In this document: positions 12,030 through 23,189 of the stretch, piece by piece
How positions within the stretch are numbered: position 1 is the first letter of the stretch
Layout: every line of letters starts with the position of its first letter
Assembly: GCA_026023565.1 (NCBI GenBank)
Contig: JAPETS010000064.1
Coordinates: 62,001-104,663 of the forward strand
Source: Cirrosporium novae-zelandiae
Taxonomy: Eukaryota
Length of the DNA: 42,663 nucleotides
Direction of reading: 5' to 3'
The notes under the pieces: generated by a model
The model's input: the letters and a program-made list of their open reading frames with translations, nothing else
Databases searched by the model: none
What the model was told of the DNA's origin: nothing
Program-made: the position numbers and the translations under genes

Positions 12030-13920
12030 AAAACTTTTTTCGCTAGAGTTTTTTTTTTAATAACTGACCTATTTTTGCGTGCTTTATTATATTCGAAAAC
12101 CCTTATCGAGAGTAATTGAATACTGGTACTCCCGTACCTGGGAGATAAATATTTATCGTGCAGTCGACGCTGCAAGCTTTTTTGCTTTTTTTAGGTTTTT
12201 CCAGGCCTATTTCGGGCTTTAGCACTACAACGAAGTAAGCTACGACTACAAGAGTTGTATTATTCGATTCAGCTCGTTAAGACGAATATTTTCCGTACCA
12301 GCTGCGTGTTGAACCAACTATTACGTCTGGAATTATTGAGTATTTCGTTCAATCCAGCTTCGTTTTTAGTCGGGGACGCGCGGACTTCGAAATTTTTCGG
12401 CGTTGATTTTTTGAGAAGATTTCTACAGAATCCAAAATTTAATTTGGAAAATTTGGAAAATTAAAAATCGAAATTTAGAATTAAAAATAAGATTTTAATT
12501 GCCGCAATTATAATTTTAAATTAGAAATATTAAAAATCAATTTAATTTATTATTTTCGATTATATTCGAAAACCCTAATTTTAAAGAATTAAATAAAATC
12601 GAAAAAAAAATAAGAAAAAATCAAAAATGACGTTTACAAATCGTTTCGAAAAACTAGATAAGGAGGACTCTGATAAATCAGCGGACCAGATTGATTGATC
12701 AACCGTACGATATAAAAAACCGTATTTTAGGGTTTTTTTATTTGATTTATTGAATAAAGGACGAATAAAGAAAAACGTCCAATACGAAAAAAAATTAGAA
12801 AATCCGAATTTTAGTTAAAAAAAATCTAAAAATTCAACGTTCAATTATATTTAAATACTATAAAAAATTAATTAATATTTTTGTAAAATAATAAATTTTT
12901 TATTGTATTAAAACATAAATATAAAAAATTGGAATTGTTATTCGAATATTTCGAAAAATAAAATTAAAACAATCTAATTCTTTTATAAAAAAAATAAAAA
13001 TAAAATAAAAATTAAACCGTTTATTAAACCGAAAAATAAAAAAAAAACGAAAAATAATTATAAATCGACCAAAAATTAAACGAAATTCAAATTATTTTTT
13101 TATTATAAAAATCAATCAAAAGTTTTATACGGAAATTGCAGTTAAATTAATTCCTCCAAAAATCGAAATCATTGTAAAAAGCCCGGCTGCAAAATCTTTT
13201 ATTATAAATACCCTGATTGTAAAATCCCTAAAAATCAAAAAAACCCAATTATAAATTGACCAAATAAAAATTTTAGAACGTTTCCGAAAATAGTAGCTGC
13301 TATTATTTGCGCCCGATTTATAATTTAAATTCTGAAACGACCGATTCCTAATTGAAATACGAAATCTAATTAATAAAAATTTCGAAAATTAAATATCGAT
13401 AATCAATTTTTTCGTAATAGCTGGAATCAAATTTGTAATTTTAGAGAAAAATATTGTCCTAACGATTATCGATAAATATAATATAGATTTTCTACTGTAA
13501 TATAGAATAATTTAGGGAAATTATTTCTATTTTATAAAAATCGAAAAAAATACGAAATAGTGTAAATTAATAGCCTATAATATTCCGACCGATTACAGTA
13601 TAATCGATATACGTACGGAAATTGAATTAGTAGATCGACCAAAATGGTTTTCTAAAGAATTTTCCAAAAAATCAAATTCGTCAGTTGTTCTAGTTTTTAA
13701 CAGTCTAAAAAATTATTTATTTATAAAAGGAAATTCGGTGAATATATCGAATTTTTATAACGGGTCTAGGAAGCTGGAAAATTGAAAAAAATAAAAAAAA
13801 AATAAAAGAAACATTGTTATTTCTATTATTTTATTTGTTTAGGGAGACGGAAGAGGGGGGGTGGAAGGGTTGTAGACCCGCAATGAGGTAATATACCTCC
13901 AGTATCAATTGAAATTGAAA
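12030..13920 (+). mobile_element. Second non-LTR family: ORF1-only (ORF2-less) Tad1-like element with a (TTGAAA) tail
   Basis: A GC-richer structured leader precedes an ORF1-like reading frame, then a short purine-rich 3' UTR with two stem-loops ending CAATTGAAATTGAAA at 13920. No TSD was found and the 5' boundary is uncertain. Confidence 0.6.
12627..13785 (+). pseudogene. Tad1-type ORF1 (gag-like) protein relic with RIP stops and one frameshift near 13310-13330
   Basis: It reads MTFTNRFEKLDKED..., then from 13357 IRNLINKNFE...KNIVLT...DFLL...(W)CKLIA(HG)IPTD...IRTEIELVDRPKWF...KSNSSVVL(A)FNS...LFIKG, with a stop at 13783-13785. This resembles fungal Tad1 ORF1 as I recall it. Confidence 0.7.
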
Positions 13921-15454
13921 TCGACCAAATATAGGACCATGATTTGATTTTATAGAAAATCAAATAAATTAATAAATATCTCTTATAATTTTTTTTTATA
14001 TTTTTTTTAATTTTTTATTTTTTATTTATTTTATATTTATTTTATTTATAAGTTTTAATTATATTTTTTATTTTTTATTTTTGATTATTATTTATTTTTT
14101 GGTATTTTATTTTATAAAGATAATTCCCCGTTTTTTTATTATTCGTAAATCTGTCGCAAATAAAGCGCCGGCTATTTTTTATAAAAAAAGCTGGTTCTAT
14201 TATTAAAAATAAAAATAACGATTTATTTCGCCGTTTTAATAATTTTTTTAAATTTTTTTATCGTATTTTTAAATCGAATCGCAGGCGAATATATTATTAA
14301 TATTAAAAATATATTCGTTATATAATTCGTAATAATAAAAATAATAAATCTAATCTAATATATATTATTAAATTTGATTATCGGAAACATAATTATTATA
14401 TAAAATTAAAATATATTTATATATTAAGAAATATTTTCGTATTTATCGTATATTCGTTATAATAATAAAATTTATTTAAATTTTTATTTTTTTAAAAAGT
14501 ATTATTTTTGATTTTCGATTAAAATTAATTCGTTATTTAACGGATTTTATAAACGAAATTTTAAAAATATTTATTAAATACGTTTATACGTTAGATTTAA
14601 ATATATAAAATATTTCTAAATTTAAAATAATAATAATAAATATTTTAAAAACGTTTATACGTTTTTTTTATAATTTCTATTGGTTTCTCTGTTTTTCTTT
14701 TAGAAAATATTATTTTGGCCGAGTTTATATATACCGTCGGCGTAAATATTAATATATATATTATATTATAATAAATTCTTTTTTTATTATATTTATATTT
14801 TTAATATTTATAATTTAATGTTTTTTTTATTTAATTTATATAGAATTAGATTAAAAATATTCAGTAATTTTTTATATTTTTCGGCGACGGTTTTTCTGCT
14901 ATCTCTATTTTTATTTTTGTTTAATAAAGGTTTTTTCGTAATAATAAAACTATAAAAAATATAAATAAAAGAAATTAAAATTTTAATATATCTCGTATAA
15001 ATAATAATAATGAAAATAACAAAAATAATAACCGATTTATCGAAAAAACTTTTAATAAAAAAACCGTAAAAAAAACGTAAAAAAAACGATAATTATAATA
15101 AAAATAATAGATTAAATAATTTTAAATAAATAATATATTTCGGGTTTTTATATTTCTATTATATTATTACGGTTTTTTTACGGATATACGGTTTTTATTA
15201 TATATTTTATTTTTCGTAATTTTTTCTTTATATTTTTTAATATTTTTTTAAAAATATTGAAAAATCTTTTCCGATTATTAATTATTTTATTTCTCGTTTT
15301 ATCCTTTTTATTTCATCAGAAATTCTCGTATTTCTTTACGGATATATTCGTTTAATACGCGTTTTATAATATATTTTTTTTCGTTTTTGATTTTTATGGA
15401 TTCCGGAAAAAATTTATTATTTTTTCGGGAATATAATTTTAATAATAATTATAA

Positions 15455-18146
15455 TATATAATTAAACGTTTTTTTAATATTTATAAATAAAATATAAATT
15501 ATTTATTTTTAATTAAATTTTTTTATTTAAGATATTAAATACGTAAATATATTAATCATATTTTAATTATATTTTAATTTAAATTAATTTTTATATAATT
15601 TACTTTGATTTTTATATATATTTATTAATATATTAATTATAATTTATTCGATTATTTTATTTAAAAAATATAATAAATTTATTACTTTATAATTTTTAAT
15701 TAATATTTTATCAGTTTTTTTAAATTTAAATAATAATATTTTTTAAATATATTTTTATTATATCGAATAATATTTTAATTAAAAATAATATTAAATTATT
15801 TTTATTATTTTATTAGAATTTTATTATTATAATATATATAATATTTTTTATACCGTTTTTTCGAATAATTATTAAACGAATATTTTTCCGATCGGAAAGC
15901 AAAATTCGGGATTTTTTAAAAATAATAGGAAAACCTGTTTTTATATAAAAAAAAATTTTATTTTTAATTTTTATCGTTATTTTCCCGTTTTTTATATAAA
16001 ATATTAATATTAGATTTCGGTTTTAAAATTTATAATATCTTAATATTTTTTATTTCTATTAAATATTTTCGGGATTTAAAAATTTATTTAAATCGTTTTT
16101 TTTTATTATTAAAAATTTTTTAATAATTTTAAATTTTATAAATTTGGGATTAATTAATTTATTTTTAAACGTTAATTTTTTTATTCGAATTAAATAAAAA
16201 TATAATTTAAATTAATTTTTAATTTATTATTTATATTATTAATTACCGTATTTATTAATTATTTTTAAAATAATTTTATCGCGGAACTAATTATAATTAA
16301 ATTTATTATTAAATAATAAATTAATTTTTTTCCGAATTAAATATTTTAAATAATATCGTTTTATATAATTAAATTCTATTTTTTTATAAATATTATTAAA
16401 AATATATTATTGATATAAATAATTCGTTTGGATTTTTATATTAAATTATAAATATTAAAATTTTTTATTAATATTATTTTATTTTTATTAAAAATAAATT
16501 TTTATTTTATATTTTATAAAAATTTTTTAAATTTTTATTATCGGTTTTATTTTTAAAAATATTTTTTATATATTTATTATTATATTATTTATTTTTATTA
16601 TAATTTTTAGAATTTTTTATTTATATTTAAATAATATTATACCTATATTAATTTTTTTATTAAATATAATTTTTAAATTATTTTTATTATTAATATAGAT
16701 TTTTTATATTTATAATTTAAACGATATATTTAATTTAATTAATTTAATATTGATCGCTGTTATTATTAATATTATAAAATCTAAATATTTGATTTTTTTT
16801 TATTAAAAATCAATATTTTTTAATTTTTAGATTTTATATCCCTGTTTACGGAATAAATACGTTCCTATTTTTAAAATTTAATTATTTATTATTTTTAATT
16901 AAATTTATTTATTATTTTATTAATTATTTTTATATAAATAATCCCTGTAATTTTTAATATTTATTTTATAAAAATCTATTTTAAAATTTTAAATATTAAT
17001 AATAGGATTTTTTATCTGGGTATTTTTATTATTTATTAAAAAAAATTTTAAATTTTTTTATTTATTTATATTATTATCCGCGTATTCGGTATTTATAATC
17101 CGGTTATTATTCCTATTCGGGATATTATTAAAAAAAATATTATATTTTTTTTTCATTATTTATTCGGATCTAATGATCGGGGTTATATAATTTTTATTTA
17201 TAGAATTCTTTATTTTATTATATATAATTTTTATAATTTTTATTTAAATTTATAATATTTAGATTATTATTATAATTTTTTTGTTAATTATTAAAAATTT
17301 TTATTTAATTATATATAATTTTTTTTAATTTTTTTTTAAATTTTTATAATTTTATTATTTCGTTTTTTTAAAATAATTATTCGGGTTTTTAAATTAAAAA
17401 ATATTTTTTATAATTATATTATATGATGATGATGATTATTCATTGTTTTATGTCCATATATCGCTTAGAAGCTATGACGGACTCTACTCGGGGGCTTTTA
17501 GGCCCCTTTGTATCTCCTTTCGGGCTTACTTTTAACTAAGGTGGTGGGGGTTGCCCCCCTGGTTCGGCTATATAGTTTCCCCCCCTTTTTGGGTTTCCTA
17601 GAATCACCTGACTTATCTAACCGGATAGTCTTTTAGCGCTATTTCGGTGTTCGTAGCCTATAAATAGGCCCACTCGCACCTATTTTCGATTTTTTCAGTC
17701 CTTGCATAATTATATTATAAAATCGTCGATTTTTAAAATTTAATATATTTTTTTCTAATTACGGAAAATATATATATTATTATATATTTAATTATTTATT
17801 TAATTAAAATATTCCGATTATTAATTTATTTATTTTTTAAATTTCTTTTTTTTTATAAAATTTTTTAATATTATTTTTTTATTTAATTATTTTTTTTTTA
17901 AAACAAAAATTATAATATTAAATTATTTGATTTTATTTTAAAATTTTATTTCGATTTATTTAATTTATTTTTTATATATTATCGTTTTTTCGTATCCGTT
18001 TAATTTTTGTTGGCGGTACGTATTTTTTTAGTCCCCGATTTTTCTCTATTATTATTAAATTTTATAGATCTTAAATAAACGCTAAATATTTCGTATAACG
18101 GTCGTCACAATAGTGAATTGATTTGGTGGCGTGGGGTCACCAAAAG
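15455..18146 (-). mobile_element. Tad1-like LINE copy F: 5' end to RT N-terminal part, several internal deletions, hosting a short nested copy
   Basis: The 5' terminus lies at 18100-18146. Its reverse complement is colinear with 21170-25095, with gaps near 15840, 16100 and 16570. Confidence 0.88.
17424..17705 (-). mobile_element. 282-bp 5'-truncated copy of the Tad1-like LINE (3' UTR plus (CAT)n tail), lightly RIPed, with a 14-bp TSD
   Basis: It begins TGATGATGATGATTATTCATTG, the tail read in reverse. ATAATTATATTATA is repeated at 17410-17423 and 17706-17719. Confidence 0.95.
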
Positions 18147-18217
18147 GTTTTTCACCAAATTAAAAAAATATGGGTCTTTCTATATATTCATTTATATATT
18201 TAATATTTAAGAAATAT

Positions 18218-18829
18218 CTACCCGGGTCTATAATATCTGGATTATTATTATAGTTTTTTCTTTAATTATTAGAAATTCTTATTCGATCGTATATAATTTT
18301 TTTTAATTTTTTTTCTGGATTTTTATAATTCTATTACCTTGTTTTTTTAAAACGATTATTTAGATTTTTAGATTAAAAAATATCTCCCGTAATTATATCG
18401 TAAAATCGTCGGTTTTTAAAACCTGGTATATTTTTTTCTCGATTATAGGAAATATACGTATTATTATATATTTAATCGTTCATTTAATTAAAATATTTTA
18501 ATTATTAATCTATTTTTTTTCAGAATTTTTTTTTTTATAAAGTTTTTTAATATTATTTTTTTATTTAACTATTTTTTTTTTAGTATAAGAATCGTAATAT
18601 TAAATTATTAAATTTTTTTATAAAATTTTATTTTAATTTATTTAATTTATTTTTTAAATATTATCGTTTTTTTATTTTTTTTTAATTTTTATTAATAATA
18701 CGTATTTTTTTAATCCCCGATTGTTTTTTATTGCTGCTAGATTTTATAAATCTTAAATAAACGTTAAATATTTCTTATAACGGTTGTCACAATAATGAAT
18801 TGATTTAATAGTGTGGGGTCATCAAAAAG
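18218..18829 (-). mobile_element. Tad1-like LINE copy G: first 610 bp or so only
   Basis: The 5' terminus lies at 18780-18829 and the copy is colinear with 21170-21780. Confidence 0.88.
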
Positions 18830-18844
18830 TTTTTTTTTCAAGAT

Positions 18845-18920
18845 CCAAAACCCTTACATAAAATCCGTTATAACTTCTAAGCGATATATAGATATAAAAC
18901 AATAAATAATTATTATTATC
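18845..18920 (+). mobile_element. Tad1-like LINE copy H: about 75-bp 3'-terminal fragment
   Basis: AATCCGTTATAACTTCTAAGCGATATATAGATATAAAACAATAAATAATTATTATTATC matches 27769-27827. Confidence 0.85.
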
Positions 18921-19088
18921 AAAAATTTATAATAAATTCTTATTACGTAATATATTTATATTTAATATATGTAATTTATATAATTAATACGTTTTACGTT
19001 CTAATTATAATATTTATATTTTAGTATTAACTGGGGCTTATAACCTGTTATAGGATTAATAATTATTATAAGAAATCGAGAAAAATAA

Positions 19089-19162
19089 TTTTTTGGTGAC
19101 CCTGCGCTATTAAATCAATTCATTATTATAACGATTATTATACGAAATATTTAACGTTTATT
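19089..19162 (+). mobile_element. Tad1-like LINE copy I: 5'-terminal 75 bp, cut by the tail of copy J
   Basis: It reads TTTTTTGGTGACCCTGCGCTATTAAATCAATTCATT..., which is the family 5' end. Confidence 0.85.
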
Positions 19163-21114
19163 TGATAATGATGATTATTTATTGTTTTATGTCTATATAT
19201 CGCTTAAAAGCTATAACGGACTCTATTCGGGGGTTTTTAGGTTTTTTTATATCCTTTTTCGGGCTTATTTTTAATTATAGTGGTAGAGATTATCCGTCTA
19301 ATTCGGCTATATAGTTTCCCCCTTTTTTTAGATTTTTTAGAATTATCTGATTTATTTAACCGGATAATTTTTTAACGTTATTTCGGTATTCGTAATTTAT
19401 AAATAGATTTATTCGTATTTATTTTCGATTTTTTTAATTTTTGTTTACGTATATATTTATCCCGCGTTTTTATTACGGGCCCAGTTTTTATTTAATATCT
19501 GTTTCTGGATCGTTTTCCCCCCCGTGTCCGGGTTCTATCCACCCCTAATCCAGGTACGTTTCACGATTTTCCGTTTCGTATTTGGTTTAGTACTAAAGTT
19601 TTTTTATTTCTGTATCGTTTAAAAAATATATTTAATTTTTAAAAAATTTTCGGTTTTTTAATACGAATACCAGTTTTTTTTTATTAATTATATTAAATTA
19701 TTAATTTTTCTATTTTTTTATTATTCTCTATAAATGGATTTTAACTATTTTTCAGCGCGGATATATTAATATTAAATAAAAAATATTTTAATATAAAATC
19801 CCGTATTATTAATATTCCGGAATAATAATAATTTTCGTATAATATATATATTTTCCGGTAACGGCGTATTTTATTTTTATTTAATAAAATTTATTTATTA
19901 ATTTTTTAAACGCGTATTTTAATATCCGATTTTTTTTATATTTTAAATATATTCGATAAAATTTATTAAACGATTTTTTTATTTTTTAATTATATAATTA
20001 ATTATATATTTTTATAATCCGTTCTTTTATTATATTACAGATTATATAAATTAACGAAATTTATTCGGTTATTTTATTATTTTTTAACGTTATATTTATT
20101 TTAATCGTTTAATTTATTATTTCGTTTTTTAATATTTTATAATATTTTAAAATTTATTTAATAATAATTTTTATTTTTTAATCGATTAAATATTTAATAT
20201 ATTTATATATTTTTCATACGATTATTTAATTTTTTATTAATTTTTTTTTTTCGATCCGTCTAATAATTATTTACGAATTAAATAATATTATTATTTTTTT
20301 TCCGAAAATTTTATAATTATTTAGATATATTTTAACCGCTATTTTTAGGGCCGTTTACGTCTTCTAAAATTTTATATTGAATATTTTTTTATTTTAATTT
20401 AAATAATATTTCCGTATTATTTACGGGGTTTTTTCGATTATTTTTTAGATTATTCCCGTTTTTATTTTACGGTTTTCTAATTTAAATCCGTCTGATTAAT
20501 ATACGTTTTTTTAATTTTACGTTAACGTTCTGTTAAAAATCTATTATTTTAAAAATATTATTATTTTTTTTAAAAATCTATTATTTTAAAAATATTATTA
20601 TTTTTTTTAAAAATCTATTTTTTTCGATTATTTAAATTTTTTCGATTTTAAAATCCGGATTTATTATTTTTTAAATTATCGTTATAATTAAATATTAATT
20701 TAATATATTTTTTTTAATTTTTTAAATTTATTAGAAATTTTATAATAATTATTTTTTTAATTAAATATTTATATTTTTTATTTTGAACGTTATCGGTAAT
20801 ATTAGATTCGTTAAATTTTTTTCAGTTTTTTAAAAATACCGAAATTTATATTTTTTTTACGCGATATTTAGTATTATATTTACGGAATATATATAGATTT
20901 TTTATATAATTATTATTATCGGGGTTATTTTATAAATTTTTATTATTAGTTTTATAACCTTATTCAACAGTTTTTGAAATTCTATTTAATACCCGATCTG
21001 CCCCTTCTATCAGATCTCACATCCGTATATATAGATTGATATTATAGTTGCTACGGCTATCTAGCGCGCAAGCCCCGTAGATAGCCCGTTTCGGTGGTAA
21101 ATATATCTGATTGT
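19163..21114 (-). mobile_element. Tad1-like LINE copy J, 3' part (tail to RT thumb), interrupted by full-length copy K
   Basis: The tail TGATAATGATGATT lies at 19163. The reverse complement is colinear with copy D, and it resumes at 27828. Confidence 0.92.
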
Positions 21115-21289
21115 TAAAATATTAATATTTATCCACTGTCTCCAACGAAACTCCACAGGAAAAAACGCTTTTTGGTGACCCCGCGCCACCAAATCAATTC
21201 ACTACTGTGACGACCGTTATACGAAATATATAACGCCTATTTAAGGCCTATAGAGCCTAGCAATAATAGGGAGGAATCAGAGATTAAAA

Positions 21290-23150
21290 GAATACGTGCC
21301 GTCAGCGAGAACCAGACGGACACGAGAGGGCGATAACGCCTAAAAAATAAATCGAACGAACCGGGGCAAAATTTTACAATAAAATCTAGCGACTCGATAC
21401 TACAATCCCTGTTCTAAAAGAAAAACGACCAAACGGGAAAATATCGTCGAAAAATCTCACGAAAAAAAAAAACCCTAAAAAAAAATAGATCGACAACCGG
21501 GGTACCTTAATTAAATAAACGGCTAGATATATAGTGATACGTATATTTCCCGCAATCGGGGAAAAAATATATTAGGCTTTAAAAACCGATAATTTTACGG
21601 TATAATTACGAAAAATATTATTGGGCCTAAAAACCCGAATAATCGTTCTAAAAAAATGAGGTAATAAAACTATAAAAATCTAAAAAAAAAATTAAAAAAA
21701 ATTATACGCGATTAAATAAAAATTTTTAATAATTAAAAGAATAGCTATAATAATAATTTAAATATTATAAATCTGGGTAAAAACCGCAGAAACCACGTAT
21801 AATAGAATAAAAAATTCTATAAATAGGGGTTATACAACCCCAGTAATTAGGCCCGAACGAATAATAAAAAAAAAAAAAATAATATTTTTTCTAATAATAC
21901 CCCGAACGGATATAATAACCGGATCGTAGATATCTAATACGCGGATAATAATATAAACGGATAAAAAAATCTAAAAAAATCTTTAATAGACGGTAAAAAT
22001 AATTAAATAAAAGATTTTACCGCTGGCACTGAAAACCCCGAAATAGATTTTTGTAAAAATAACGCCGGAATTTACGGGATTTATTTATATTAAAATAGTT
22101 AATAAAATAATAAATAATCAAACCCCGTAAAAAAGAACGTATTAGTTCCGCAAATAAAAATATAAAAATTAAAAATCAGAAAATACTGATTTTTAATAAA
22201 AAAAAATTAAATATTCGGGCCTTACGGCACCAATAATAATGGCGATCAACGCCAAATTAATTAATTTAAACGCACCGCCTGAGCTACGGATACGGGAAAT
22301 CTATATTAATAGAAAAAATAATTTAAAAATTACGTTCGATAAAAAAATTAATATAGATATATTAATATCTAAATATAAATAAAAGATTTTAAAAATCGTA
22401 ATAAAAATAAATAACGTAATAATAAATATATATTTATTAAAAATCCTGTATTAAATAAAAATACAGAGAATATCTCTAAAAATATTTAAAAATTTAGATA
22501 AATTAAATCTAATAAAAAAGAATTTAAAAAATATTTATTAATTATTCCGAAATACGGTAATCGTATAAATAACACCGGAAAAATATTATTAAAAACGGGT
22601 ACGAATTAGGCTTATATTAGAAAAATATATTATTTTAATCAAAATAAGGTTCCCGTTTATAATATACGAAAAATAAAAAATCGAAAATTATTATTTAACG
22701 GGACGTAGGTTTCGATACACCCGATAATTTATATTAGGAATAAATAAAGCGTGCCTAAAATACGCCCAATTAGGGTATAAATTATTTCTGGAATATAGAG
22801 ATAAAACCCTTAGGTGTATAATATACGCGGAAATACACGAAATGTAAGACCACCGGTATCGGATAATAGAATATAAGCCCGCGTACACGGGGGCTTGTAT
22901 ATATATCCTATTGAAATATACACACTGTCTAGGCCCCTATATGGCCACGGACGGAAGGTGCCCAGCTACCCGAAGGGCAGGGGCAGAATATACGAGGAAG
23001 AAACGCCGAGAGGGCGTTATACAGTCGTTCTACGTGCTGGTCCCCCCAAAAAAAAATAAGCCCAGAAAACCTTAGCCAGGGACTAAAAGCCCCCGAATCC
23101 CAGAAAAAAACGGGGGAAGAAACGTAAATAATATCCGAAATATCGATAAT
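21290..23150 (+). pseudogene. LINE ORF1 (gag-like) with three CCHC-type zinc knuckles; boundaries approximate
   Basis: Bases 22752-22961 de-RIP to CLK(C)AQLG(H)KLFLE(C)...RCII(C)AEIHEM(Q)DHR(C)...K(C)THCLGP(H)MATDGRCP. Confidence 0.85.
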
Positions 23151-23189
23151 ACCGAAAACACCGGTAATACCCGTATCGTAGATAAATAG

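Noticed and set aside
12105..12190. 5S rRNA or tRNA-derived head
   Set aside because: I could not find a convincing match to fungal 5S or to A/B boxes by eye.
14715..14750. Minus-strand YADG(T)YKL as a Mutator DDE motif
   Set aside because: The downstream sequence shows no further MULE motifs, so the match is too short to support.
22691..22888. 65-aa minus-strand ORF
   Set aside because: It is antisense to the ORF1 zinc-knuckle region, and the + strand carries the recognisable motifs.
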